Assembly: GCA_965205865.1 (NCBI GenBank)
Contig: CBDBHR010000026.1
Coordinates: forward strand, 128,001-192,000
Reading direction: 5' to 3'
DNA length: 64,000 nucleotides
Origin: a bacterium
GTDB taxonomy: Bacteria; SAR324; NAC60-12
In this document: positions 20,729 to 30,781 of the stretch, piece after piece
Layout: every line of letters begins with the position of its first letter
Position numbering within the stretch: position 1 is the first letter of the stretch
Position numbers and translations under genes: made by a program
The notes under the pieces: model-generated
The model's input: only the letters and a program-made list of their open reading frames with translations
Told to the model about the DNA's origin: nothing
Databases searched by the model: none

Positions 20729-21162
20729 AATATTTACTTGATACAAGTGTAATTTCTGAACTGACTAAAAAGAAGCCTGATCCAAAGGTTATTCAATGGA
20801 TTAAGAAAAACCATGAAGTTGACCTTTATCTCAGCGTATTAACGCTCGGAGAAATTCAGAAAGGAATCACAAAACTTTCTGAATCAAAAAAGAAAAAAGA
20901 TTTGCGAGAATGGCTTGAAAAGGATTTACCTCAACGTTTTGAAAGAAGGTTCTTGGCAGTTACAATGGCTGTAGCAAAAAAATGGGGAGAAATAGAGGGA
21001 GATACAGAACAAAAGGGTGAGAAAATGCCTGCTATTGATAGCCTCATTGCAGCAACTGGTATTGTAAATAATTTGACAGTGGTAACACGAAATACTGAAG
21101 ATATGGAAAAAAGTGGGGTTAAACTACTCAATCCTTGGCAAGAAAAAAGAGAGGGAGTGTAA
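20725..21162 (+). CDS. vapC: VapC PIN-domain toxin
   Basis: YLLDTSVISE...DSLIAAT...VVTRNTED; GTGA overlap with the antitoxin. Confidence 0.92.
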   Translation: MKYLLDTSVISELTKKKPDPKVIQWIKKNHEVDLYLSVLTLGEIQKGITKLSESKKKKDLREWLEKDLPQRFERRFLAVTMAVAKKWGEIEGDTEQKGEKMPAIDSLIAATGIVNNLTVVTRNTEDMEKSGVKLLNPWQEKREGV

Positions 21163-21446
21163 ATTGAACTCATCAAAGCGAAGCAGAACAAATGGTTAGC
21201 CACAAAGGGACAGAGGGGCACTACTCAAGGAAAAGAATCAGTTGCACTCGTCCTCAAATTTCCTCAGGATCTCGATGAGATTCGCCACAAAATGCGTTTG
21301 GGAGTGACAGTCCAAAAACCACACTATCCCATGGGAGGTTTTTCATATGTTGGCGCTTCCCCCCGGCACAACAGGTGGCTAACACACACTAAAGGCTCTA
21401 TGTTTCAGATTGTGTATTGAAACATCTAAAAAGCATAAGGGAATTT

Positions 21447-21659
21447 ATGAATAATGAATATACTGCAATAATCAAACAATCAGGAGATTGGTGGATTGGC
21501 TGGATTGAGGAAATCCCTGGGGTCAATTGCCAAGAAGCAACGAGAGAAGAATTACTGGACAGTTTAAGAATAACTTTACGGGAAGCTTTAGAGTTTAACA
21601 AGCAGGATGCAATTTCTGCTGCAGAAGACAACTTCCAAGAAGAACGAATTGCGTTATGA
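21447..21659 (+). CDS. hicB: HicB-family antitoxin
   Basis: YTAIIKQSGDWWIGWIEEIPGVNCQ..TREEL. Confidence 0.85.
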   Translation: MNNEYTAIIKQSGDWWIGWIEEIPGVNCQEATREELLDSLRITLREALEFNKQDAISAAEDNFQEERIAL

Positions 21660-21844
21660 AACGCAATGAATTGATCAAATATCTGCGCAAGCATGGATGT
21701 GAACTCCTTCGGGAAGGTGGTAATCATTCTTGGTGGCATAATCCTATTTTGAATACACGTTCGGCAGTTCCACGCCATACAGAAATCGATAACCAATTGG
21801 CAAAGAAAATTTGTAAAGATCTCAGTATTCCATCTGTGAGATAA
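21656..21844 (+). CDS. hicA: HicA-family toxin
   Basis: LIKYLRKHGC.LLREGGNHSWW...VPRHTEI. Confidence 0.9.
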   Translation: MKRNELIKYLRKHGCELLREGGNHSWWHNPILNTRSAVPRHTEIDNQLAKKICKDLSIPSVR

Positions 21845-21845
21845 T

Positions 21846-21968
21846 GCGCAACAAAACGCTGCAGTGGACCGCCACCTCGCCGTTTCTTCTCTCAAGTTGC
21901 CTTTGGAAATTTTGTTCATTTTCTCTTATTTTTCTCAAAGGTGTCGTCCACTGAGCTAGTCGTTAGTA
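21846..21968 (+). other. Integron attC-like site after hicBA
   Basis: R'' gcgcAAC, L'' gctgcagtggac pairing with L' gtccactg-agc (one extrahelical base), R' GTTagta. Confidence 0.75.
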
Positions 21969-22121
21969 CTATGAAAAACCTGGGTCTAAAAAAGGAAAAG
22001 ATTCTCTCGGGCTTGATTCTTTCCGATGGTCAAAACTTGAGGAAGAATAAAAAACAGCGATTCTCAGGAAGATAAAAGGGACGGTTTCCTCCCCGTTTTC
22101 ACGAGGACAATTTTTATGCGC

Positions 22122-22491
22122 TTACTCGTTGAACGGGTTGATCAGCCGGGCGAGGAGGCCTCGTTTGCGTTTCGCCGTTGCGCCGTAACTGCCCTCTCCG
22201 CCGCGCAGTCTTGGGTCGAACAGGTCCCTGAGGGCATCTCCGAACATGTTGAAGGAGTAGACGACAATCGTCAGGCAAAGCCCCGGCCACAGGGCTAGAT
22301 GGGGCGCCATCTCCATGTATTGACGCCCTTCCCGGCTGAGCATGCCGCCCCAGTCAGGAATGCTGGGTGGCAGACCGTATCCGAGGAAGCCCAGAGAAGC
22401 CAAAGACATAATCACCCCCCCGATGTTAATGGAGAAGATAATAATGACGGGTGCCATAATATTGGGCAGGACATGGCGGACCAGGATTTGG
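22122..22491 (-). pseudogene. DppC-like permease 3' fragment fused to an SBP fragment
   Basis: SQILVRHVLPN...GDALRDLFDP. Confidence 0.88.
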
Positions 22492-23285
22492 CTCGAGGTC
22501 CAGTGCCATCTGCATTGCGTGGCGCACCCGGACGTCGTCAAAGGGCGACCTTGATGAGTTAACAGGCCAAGACGTCAAAGACCGATATGAAAACGGCTCC
22601 ATCAGGAGTTCGGGGTCGGTTTTCTTAAGGCTGTCTACCTGGTCCGTAGCCGAGAGTTGAGTGCCGCCGAGGAAGTGAGCCAGTACATCAATCCTACCCG
22701 AGCGTAGTGCCGCCAGACGTGTTGCTTCATCTGGTATAATCAGCGCCTTTAACGTGTCAACATAAGGCAGGCGATTCTCCGGGTACTTTTCGTCGTAGCC
22801 CCAGTAGTCGGGATTCTTTTCCCAGGTTACAGAGCTGCCCTCAACCCAGTCAGTCAGCTCAAAGGGTCCAGTGCCGACCAGGTTCCTCCAATCCTTAACG
22901 TCGCCGTGTTCCTCGACTACCTCGGGAGGATATGTAAAAGTCTAGAGGGACTTTAAAATAGTCCCTAGCGCGCCTGGATCTGCCTTCGTCAGCTTAAGGA
23001 CGAGCGTCCATTCGTCGGTGGCCGTTATCGATTCCCATGGCAGCTGAGCCGTCGACTCCCAGGAGGCGTAATAGGCAGCAGGTTCGGTGTAGCCGCTGCC
23101 CAGACCCAAATAACGGTGCAAGTTATATTCGATGTCCTTGGCAGTTAGCTCCCGACCGTTCATCGGTGCCTTATCATGCCAGTGAACGCCCTTGCGGATG
23201 TGGAAGACGATCGTGGTAGCGTCGGGCGTTTCCCAGCTTTCAGCCAGGTGCCCTCCATAGATAAAGTCAGGATGGTACGTTGTTC
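22492..23285 (-). pseudogene. SBP internal fragment (premature stop, truncated at both ends)
   Basis: HLAESWE, MNGRELTAKDI, VGTGPFEL, DVRVRHAMQMALDLE. Confidence 0.85.
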
Positions 23286-23350
23286 TAGAGTGCTAATAAT
23301 TTGTCGACCGTATTTTTTTCAATCGCTGGGAAGCGATTATTAACACTCTA
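23286..23350. mobile_element. 65-bp mini-element with 15-bp TIRs (copies at 30253-30317 and 37282-37346)
   Basis: tagagtgctaataat / attatta(a/g)cactcta. Confidence 0.7.
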
Positions 23351-23559
23351 TTAAAATGAGTGCTACCATTAAACAATAATTGATCAAGCCCGCATGAAAG
23401 CGATCCGATGAATCCCCAGAAATGGACAGAAAAGGTCTGAGAGGCGGTAGAGCGAGCCGATGCATTGGCAATCGGCAGGAATCCTACCGCAATGCTTTCG
23501 TTGCCTCTTCTCTGGGCATTAATGGAACTAAAGGGTGGCTTAATTCCCCAGATTTTCTC

Positions 23560-23814
23560 ATGAGCACAACAACTGTCATTAATCCAGAGGCATTGTCGCT
23601 TCTTCGTGAAGGGTGGAGATTATTAGTTGACCAATTAGGGATTCAGAAGGCCACCCGGTTCGTCATGTTACTTGAACGTGGACAAGGAGATTCCGTCAAG
23701 GAAATTGCCGAATATTGGGGTAATATGAGTATTGAAGAAATTCATCAACAGGTGATGAATTGGAAGAGCCAACGCTCAGAAGAAACCTTGTCTCGGGGAG
23801 CGAAAACCTGCTAA
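23560..23814 (+). CDS. Small hypothetical protein, cassette-like (stop codon inside attC R'')
   Basis: 84 aa MSTTTVINPEAL...; three identical protein copies. Confidence 0.6.
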   Translation: MSTTTVINPEALSLLREGWRLLVDQLGIQKATRFVMLLERGQGDSVKEIAEYWGNMSIEEIHQQVMNWKSQRSEETLSRGAKTC

Positions 23815-24089
23815 CAAAGCGGTAGAGCGGACCTGGGAATATACACTTTTTTCCAAGTTTATCAACACGTTGAAAGTTCATTGCCTTTACTAAGGAACAA
23901 ACCTAAAATAAACTGTAATTCTTCCAATGGTGTGAGCAAAATTGGGAGACATGTACACCGCTGCGCATCCCAACTCACTGTTTTATGCCTGTTGTTACGT
24001 GTACCTTAATTTTGCGTATCCAGACTTCCAACTTATTTAAATTTCATTCCTAAGTAGAGTTCCCAGGCCGCTCACTTTCAACGTTATGC
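23809..24089 (+). other. Long integron attC-like site (281 bp)
   Basis: tgctAAC...gtagagcggacctgggaa / ttcccagg-ccgctc-ac...GTTatgc with two extrahelical bases. Confidence 0.65.
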
Positions 24090-24284
24090 ATTGAGACATG
24101 GACTAGCATGGGGCGAAGGTGAATAGACGGGAGAATGGATGAGTGAAGCACAAAAGATTGATAGCATCACACATGAAGCCTCCTGTAAGGATGGCATAGG
24201 ACTTGACATCTTCCGGGGGAGGCCATAGCATGGAGTGCATTCTTTAGAAGAATCGGTTTAAAACAGTGTGATAAGGAGGACCTA

Positions 24285-25319
24285 ATGGCAAATATCAGCA
24301 TGGAAAAAGAGGGATTGATCGATGGCATGCCTCGGGATGAACGGGGATTCTGGCACCCTGACAGAGGGACAGGCCCACCCAGTCCTTTGTTTGCCTGGCC
24401 ACCCAAGCCGGTCGAGGCTTTCAAATACCTGTTTCGTTTCCCAGGTTACCTGTATCCGTGGAATATGATCTATTTTTGCATCGCCACGTGCACGTGGCTC
24501 TACTTCCAGCCGGCCTTGTCCCGCTGTGTCACCTTCCAGCTCGACTGGATCCTGGAGATGTTTGTCCGCAACCTCGTGCTGCTGGTCGTCATCTATAGTG
24601 CCTGGCACTACTGGCTCTGGTCGCGTAAGTCTCAGGGGCGTCAGTACAAATACAACGCCGAGTGGCTGGAGACGGGAAATCGTAAGTTCCTCTGGGGGGA
24701 CCAGCTGCGCGACAACATCTTCTGGTGTTGTGTCAGCGCTGTTCCGATCTGGACGGCTTATGAAGTGCTGATGATGTGGGCCTACGCCAACGAGCTGCTG
24801 CCCTACATCGATCCACGAGAAAATCCGGTCTACTTTATCGTGCTGCTTGTCTGCATGCCCATGATTCGGATCTTCCACTTCTACTGGTTCCATCGTCTCT
24901 TGCACTGGCCCCCCCTCTTCAAAAGGATACACTACCTCCATCACAAAAACATCAACGTCGGGCCCTGGTCCGGTCTGGCCATGCATCCGATTGAGCACCT
25001 GATTGTCTTCAGCAGTGTTCTGATTCACTGGATCGTGCCCTCGCATCCCATCCACATGCTGATGAACACCCAACACAACGCGCTTTCCCCGCCTCAAGGG
25101 CATCTCGGGTTCCAGCAGCTGGTCCTCAAGGGAAACCTCCGGATCCCCGGTGCCAGCAGTTATTTCCATCATCTGCATCACCGCTACTTCGAGTGCAACT
25201 ACGGGGAACCCATGATGCCGCTGGATCATTGGTTCGGGACCTATCACAATGGCTCTCCCGAGGCCCACGAAGCGATCCTGAAGAAGCAAGCCCAGAAAAA
25301 CATGAGGTACAGTGCCTAG
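24285..25319 (+). CDS. Sterol desaturase / fatty-acid hydroxylase superfamily protein (copy 1)
   Basis: His boxes HFYWFHRLLH, HYLHH, HHLHH; NYG..LDHWFGT; RBS aggagg. Confidence 0.92.
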   Translation: MANISMEKEGLIDGMPRDERGFWHPDRGTGPPSPLFAWPPKPVEAFKYLFRFPGYLYPWNMIYFCIATCTWLYFQPALSRCVTFQLDWILEMFVRNLVLLVVIYSAWHYWLWSRKSQGRQYKYNAEWLETGNRKFLWGDQLRDNIFWCCVSAVPIWTAYEVLMMWAYANELLPYIDPRENPVYFIVLLVCMPMIRIFHFYWFHRLLHWPPLFKRIHYLHHKNINVGPWSGLAMHPIEHLIVFSSVLIHWIVPSHPIHMLMNTQHNALSPPQGHLGFQQLVLKGNLRIPGASSYFHHLHHRYFECNYGEPMMPLDHWFGTYHNGSPEAHEAILKKQAQKNMRYSA

Positions 25320-25371
25320 AATGCAATAGCTAACTGAAATGGATGTTTGACTATGGGCTCCTTTTGTGTGC

Positions 25372-26334
25372 TTACCCGTTGAAAGGGGAGAGGATCCGGG
25401 CCAGGAGACCTCGTTTGCGTTTCACCATCGCGGCGCCGTAACTGCCCTCACCACCCCGCAGCCGCGGATCGAGCAGGTCCCTGAGGGCATCTCCGAACAT
25501 GTTGAGACTGTAAACGGTAATCGTCAGGGCAAAACCAGGCCAGAGTGCCAGCCAAGGCGCCTGCTCCATGTATCGACGCCCTGCCCAGCTGAGCAGAGTC
25601 CCCCAGCTGGGAACCTCGGGTGGCAGACCGAATCCGAGGAAGCTCAGCGACGCCTCACTGATAATCACCCCGCCGATGTTGATGCTGAAGATGATGATGA
25701 CGGGCGCCATAATATTGGGCAGCACATGGCGGATCAGGATTTGGCTCGTGGGGGTGCCCACGGCCCTGGCTGCCAGAAAATAGTCATTCTCTTTGACCCC
25801 AATCACGGCGCCTCGGACGACTCGGGAACCGACGATGCCTCCGGCGATCCCCAGGACCACGATAATCTGGAGGAGACCCTGCCCCACGATGGACATGATG
25901 GTTAACAAGAGCAGCAGTCCCGGGAAAGCCATCCAGGCGTCGACAAAGCGCTGCACCACCAGGTCCACTTTCCCCCCAAGGAATCCGGAAATGCCGCCGA
26001 TCAGGACAGCGACGAGAACATTGAGCGTGGTCGCGGATAGACCGACAATTAAGGAAAGACGAGCCCCGTAGATCAGGCGGCTCAAGAAGTCTCGCCCTAT
26101 CTGGTCGGTCCCCAGGAGATACTGGGCTGATGAGCCCTGCAGCCGGTCTCTCAGGTGCATTTCCGTATAGCCATAGGGAGCCAGAACATCGGCGAAGATC
26201 GTCACCAGAATCAAGAGCAAGACGATCATCCCGCAGACCGTCCCCAGGGGCTTCTCCCGCCACAGCCTGATAAAGAAATCCGCAAACCGGCCCCGTCGCT
26301 TGGGCTCACGGATGGGGGAGGGTTTCTCATTCAT
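25372..26334 (-). CDS. ABC permease (DppC-like)
   Basis: Intact paralog with the same motifs. Confidence 0.93.
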   Translation of the reverse strand: MNEKPSPIREPKRRGRFADFFIRLWREKPLGTVCGMIVLLLILVTIFADVLAPYGYTEMHLRDRLQGSSAQYLLGTDQIGRDFLSRLIYGARLSLIVGLSATTLNVLVAVLIGGISGFLGGKVDLVVQRFVDAWMAFPGLLLLLTIMSIVGQGLLQIIVVLGIAGGIVGSRVVRGAVIGVKENDYFLAARAVGTPTSQILIRHVLPNIMAPVIIIFSINIGGVIISEASLSFLGFGLPPEVPSWGTLLSWAGRRYMEQAPWLALWPGFALTITVYSLNMFGDALRDLLDPRLRGGEGSYGAAMVKRKRGLLARILSPFNG

Positions 26335-27286
26335 ACCGCACCCTGGGGTCTAAATAAGGATAAATCAGGTCGATTATTAGATTGATCCCTAAAACCGCCG
26401 TGCCGAAAAACAGGTTGACTCCGGAGACCACCGGGTAGTCTCGGTCAGCCAGGGCAATCAGCATGAGACGACCTAACCCCGGCAGGTTAAAGAGGTTCTC
26501 CATGATCACGGCTCCCCCGACCAGGATCGGCAACTGCAGGCCGATCAGGGTGACGACCGGGATGAGGGCATTTTTGATGACGTGTCTCATCACCACGACC
26601 CGCTCCCGGAGCCCCTTGGACCAGGCCGTCCGGATGTAGTCCTGCCTGAGCACCTCCAGCATTGTAGTGCGCGTCATCCGCATGGTGGCGGCCGCCATGG
26701 CCGTCCCCAGAATCAGGCTGGGAATGAGGAACACCGCTAGATTCCCCAACGGGTCTTCGGTGAAAGGAACCAGCTCCAGCGGTGGCGACCAGCCCCACCA
26801 GATGGCTGGGTAGAGCAAGACCATCAGTGCCAGCCAGAAGTTCGGCGTGGCCAGGCCGATGATGGCGATGGAGCGCCCCACGTAGTCGGCGGCGGTATCC
26901 TGGCGAATCGCCGAGTAGATGCCGACGGGCAGGGCGATCAGGAGCCCGATGAGGATTGCCAGGACACCAAGCTTGATGGTCACCGGCAATCTACCCATTA
27001 TTTTCTCCTCTACCGTCCAATCGCCCCACAGTGATTCGCCCAGGGTGCCGTGCCGAAAAATACCTCCGATCCAGCGTCCATACTGCACCCAGACAGGCAC
27101 GTCCAGTCCCAGCTTATGCTCCAGCGCTTCACGGTCGAAACCGGGCATCATTCGACCCTCCATTTTACTCACCATGGCGTCTATGACATCGCCTGGGATG
27201 AAGCGGACCGCGAGAAAGACCAGGATACTCAAGAGAAACATGGTGGGGATGATGAGCAATACCCTCCTAATGAGATAGGCTCTCAT
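26327..27286 (-). CDS. ABC permease (DppB-like)
   Basis: Intact paralog with the same motifs. Confidence 0.93.
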   Translation of the reverse strand: MRAYLIRRVLLIIPTMFLLSILVFLAVRFIPGDVIDAMVSKMEGRMMPGFDREALEHKLGLDVPVWVQYGRWIGGIFRHGTLGESLWGDWTVEEKIMGRLPVTIKLGVLAILIGLLIALPVGIYSAIRQDTAADYVGRSIAIIGLATPNFWLALMVLLYPAIWWGWSPPLELVPFTEDPLGNLAVFLIPSLILGTAMAAATMRMTRTTMLEVLRQDYIRTAWSKGLRERVVVMRHVIKNALIPVVTLIGLQLPILVGGAVIMENLFNLPGLGRLMLIALADRDYPVVSGVNLFFGTAVLGINLIIDLIYPYLDPRVRYE

Positions 27287-27293
27287 GGAACCC

Positions 27294-29285
27294 CTAATAC
27301 CCCATTTCTTTCTTCAGCGCCTGGTCAATCCACAGTCGGGATAAAAAGGCATAGTCATTGTTTCCGGATTCGGTTTCACCGTTATAACCGATGACCCACG
27401 GCTGGGTCACAGCAAAAACAGGAACTCTCGGACCCGCCACGTACCAGTGCTGCTCTATCCCGTACATATCTGCCTCGTTGACCAGCCTCTGCTGTTCCTC
27501 AATGGTGGTAGCGGCTGCGGCGGCCTCATATATGCGGTCATAAACCGGGTCATTGACGTTTTCGGGGGGCCATGGTGATAGAGTCGAGTGAGCGTGAATA
27601 ATTGCCCCGAGAGGGGGATAGTCGTTGTTGTTGGTGTCAACAATCAGACCTTCATTTTTACGGCTTTGTACAAGCGCGATCCAAGCAGCTCGGTCATATA
27701 CCTTCACCTCTATACCAATGCCAATGGCACGCAAGTATTCCATGACTATCTGGTAATAATCTAAATCGCTGAACTCGTAGTGCGGATAGACGGTCTGGAA
27801 TCGAATGCCGTCGGCGCCGCGCGGATATCCCGCCTCATCAAGCAACGCTTCGGCCCCTGCCGGGTCATACCTGTAGTATTGCCTGATTGCTTCGGGCCAC
27901 TCTTCAAATGGGGTAAAATACCCTTTAAGCGCTCTCCCGACATGCCCCGTAGGTGTCGTATCTGCCCAACCCTGCATGTAGGTCTCGTTAATGGTCTCAA
28001 AGTCGATGGCCATCTGTATTGCGTGGCGCACCCGGACGTCGTTCCAGGGCGGCTTCTGCGTGTTAAAAGTAAGAGAGTGTTCCGAACGAATGGAATAGGG
28101 CCACAGGTTCAGTTCGGGGTTGGTCTTCTTGAGGCTCATTGCCGCGTCGACAGTACCTAGTTGAGAGGCGCCCGCCTTACCGATGAAATCAGCCTTACCC
28201 GTGCGCATTAACGCCAGAATGGTCGCTTGATCCTTCGTAATCAGGGCCCTGATCTTGTCAAGATAGGGCAGGCGGTTCTCCGCGTATTTTTCGTCGGTGC
28301 CCCAGTAGTCAGGATTCTTGGTATAAGTGATAGAGCTGCCCTCCACCCAATCAGTCAGCTCAAAGGGCCCGGTGCCGACCACGTTGCGCCAATCCGTAAC
28401 GTCGCCGTATTGCTCGATTACCTCGGGGGATAATACAAAACCAGCATTATTGCTGAGGATGTCGCTCAGCACACCAAGCGTTGGCTGCTTCAGCTTAAAG
28501 ACAACTGTCCAATTGTCGGTAGCCGTTATCGATTCAACCTCAGAGAGCTCGGGGAAATATTTAATATGTGCGCCAGGTTCGCCTTCACTGAAATTGCCCA
28601 GCCCCAGCATCCGCTGCCAGCTATATTCGATATCCGAGGCCGTCAATTCTCTGCCATTCATTGGAGTCTTATTATGCCAGTGAACGCCCTGGCGGATGTG
28701 GAAGGTATAGGTGAGGCCGTCCGGGGAAATATCCCAGCTTTCCGCCAGCCTCCCTGTGATGGCAGATTCAGGGAGGTAAATTGTTCTGAAGTCATGTACG
28801 TCCCTATCGAATGCCCAGTTCGCGATGCCCAGCTTCTCATTAACGAGCCCAATAGCGTGTCCCGCGATCAATGCGACATAGGGGTCAATACTCGCAGGGT
28901 CGAGCATGTTGACGTAGGTCAATGTCCCGCCATACTCCGGCGCGCTCACCATCTTGCCGGTGGATGGATCTTTGACCATTTCGGCTGCCCAGACCTGGCC
29001 AGCCATGAAGACGCTTGCTCCCAGGATGAGAGCCAGCAGGGTTGTGCTCAAGGTTGAGCTGCTTTTTTGATTAAACATACGAGATTCTCGTTTTGGATGT
29101 TTAAAAATATTAAGGATTGATTTGAAACCTGCTTCCATTCCCGAAAGCACGTTCTCGACGAGTCCTCTACTTTTTTGACGGTTCATGGTGCTCCTTTCTG
29201 CTTTTTGATTAAAAACAAGATTGCGAGTTGCTTTGAAAACTGCTTTCATTACCGAAAGTACGTTATCGACGATTTCTCTACACAT
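27294..29285 (-). CDS. ABC solute-binding protein family 5 (start uncertain; later ATGs plausible)
   Basis: Signal peptide LLALILGASVFMAGQVWA, PEYGG, LAESWDISPDG, VGTGPF. Confidence 0.92.
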   Translation of the reverse strand: MCREIVDNVLSVMKAVFKATRNLVFNQKAERSTMNRQKSRGLVENVLSGMEAGFKSILNIFKHPKRESRMFNQKSSSTLSTTLLALILGASVFMAGQVWAAEMVKDPSTGKMVSAPEYGGTLTYVNMLDPASIDPYVALIAGHAIGLVNEKLGIANWAFDRDVHDFRTIYLPESAITGRLAESWDISPDGLTYTFHIRQGVHWHNKTPMNGRELTASDIEYSWQRMLGLGNFSEGEPGAHIKYFPELSEVESITATDNWTVVFKLKQPTLGVLSDILSNNAGFVLSPEVIEQYGDVTDWRNVVGTGPFELTDWVEGSSITYTKNPDYWGTDEKYAENRLPYLDKIRALITKDQATILALMRTGKADFIGKAGASQLGTVDAAMSLKKTNPELNLWPYSIRSEHSLTFNTQKPPWNDVRVRHAIQMAIDFETINETYMQGWADTTPTGHVGRALKGYFTPFEEWPEAIRQYYRYDPAGAEALLDEAGYPRGADGIRFQTVYPHYEFSDLDYYQIVMEYLRAIGIGIEVKVYDRAAWIALVQSRKNEGLIVDTNNNDYPPLGAIIHAHSTLSPWPPENVNDPVYDRIYEAAAAATTIEEQQRLVNEADMYGIEQHWYVAGPRVPVFAVTQPWVIGYNGETESGNNDYAFLSRLWIDQALKKEMGY

Positions 29286-29542
29286 TGGGTCTCCTTCATT
29301 TTGGAGTGATCAAAAAACCGATTCATTGGCTCCAGGATTGGGCAATGAACCATAAACCGACGCACTCAGGCGTCGATGATTTTCCAAATTCCCCATTGCC
29401 CTTTCGTTCCTGGAATTTGGAACGTGGGACTTGGAACTTGGAACAAGGACTTAAGGATCTCTCCCTGATGTCGAGATAATATAAGGGGGTAGAACTTGGG
29501 ATTGGGGACTTGTGACTTGTTGCTTGGAACTAATTACTAATT

Positions 29543-29597
29543 ACTGGGAACTGGGAACTGGGAACTGGGAACTGGGAACTGGGAACTGGGAACTGGG
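29543..29597. repeat. Heptamer tandem repeat ACTGGGA x8 (x4 at 36581-36607)
   Basis: Counted directly in the sequence. Confidence 0.95.
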
Positions 29598-29901
29598 CGT
29601 TTAAGCTTACTCTCATATCCACCTCATTATCAAGATTTTTTATACTTGAAACGGGTTAATTTCAGACTTTCATGTCATCCTGACGGTTCGCCGAGCAGCA
29701 AAGTGAAGGATCGCGTTATTGCCCTTCTATTCCTGGAATAAAATATTGTATAATCGCTCTGCAAATGTATCAAGATTTTTTTAAATATGGCGACTCATTC
29801 ATTCATGAGTGTATTCTTATGATCAACGAAAATACTTTTTCATATAGAGATACAGAAGTCAACATTTTTGACACTTTTCAATTCCCAGTTGACCGTTTTT
29901 A

Positions 29902-30048
29902 TACTGTGAACGGATGATTTCTTCATTTTTTGTCATCCTGAGGGAACCGAAGAATCTTCTTGATTCCCATGAGATTCTTGCTTAGGCAGCCCCCTTAGCT
30001 CGGAATGACAGTTCTTTTGAAAAGTGAAATTTAAACCCGTTTAGAGTA
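29902..30048. mobile_element. MITE copy 2 (TA-flanked)
   Basis: tactgtgaac...gtttagagta, TA on both sides. Confidence 0.85.
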
Positions 30049-30526
30049 TAACAATCTTCTGGGGATGATATGAGGTTCGACATGACTTTCGGCTAAATAA
30101 GTAGCGAAATTGAAATAAAACCTTCAGCCCAAGGCGATTTCTTGAAAACTATCACAAAAGAAACCGAAAGTCCAGCAGAATTTCTTAAAAACCTTCAACC
30201 CAGGGCATTTTCGTTGAAAATTATCACAAAAGCAAACGAAAGACCAGCTTAATAGAGTGCTAATAATTTGTCAACCATATTTTTTTCAATCGCTGGGAAC
30301 CGATTATTAGCACTCTATTAAAATGAGTGCTACCATTAAACAATAATTGATCAAGCCCGCATGAAAGCGGTCCGATGAATCCCCAGAAATGGACAGAAAA
30401 GGCCTGAGAGGCGGTAGAACGAGCCGATGCATTGGCAATCGGCAGGAATCCTACCGCAATGCTTTCGTTGCCTCTTCTCTGGGCATTAATGGAACTAAAG
30501 GGTGGCTTAATTCCCCAGATTTTCTC

Positions 30527-30781
30527 ATGAGCACAACAACTGTCATTAATCCAGAGGCATTGTCGCTTCTTCGTGAAGGGTGGAGATTATTAGTTGACCA
30601 ATTAGGGATTCAGAAGGCCACCCGGTTCGTCATGTTACTTGAACGTGGACAAGGAGATTCCGTCAAGGAAATTGCCGAATATTGGGGTAATATGAGTATT
30701 GAAGAAATTCATCAACAGGTGATGAATTGGAAGAGCCAACGCTCAGAAGAAACCTTGTCTCGGGGAGCGAAAACCTGCTAA
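30527..30781 (+). CDS. Small hypothetical protein, copy 2
   Basis: Same protein as 23560-23814. Confidence 0.6.
   Translation: MSTTTVINPEALSLLREGWRLLVDQLGIQKATRFVMLLERGQGDSVKEIAEYWGNMSIEEIHQQVMNWKSQRSEETLSRGAKTC

Larger units (their letters stand above)
23286..25367. repeat. Near-identical direct repeat of 30253-32334 (partial third copy 37282-37809)
   Basis: Direct comparison shows only scattered SNPs; offset 6967 bp. Confidence 0.95.
28923..30780. repeat. Near-identical direct repeat of 35975-37809 (SBP leader, upstream region, small gene)
   Basis: Direct comparison; differences mainly heptamer copy number and an 18-19 bp duplication near 36613-36650. Confidence 0.95.

Noticed and set aside
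23422-23559. N-terminal extension of the 130-aa ORF
   Set aside because: Looks like degraded upstream sequence; the ATG at 23560 gives a more plausible small cassette protein
24282-25289. 335-aa antisense ORF (also 31249-32256)
   Set aside because: Shadow of the desaturase gene with no recognisable motifs
29400-30250. CRISPR array
   Set aside because: The repeats are heptamers or two adjacent imperfect units without unique spacers; no cas genes in the window
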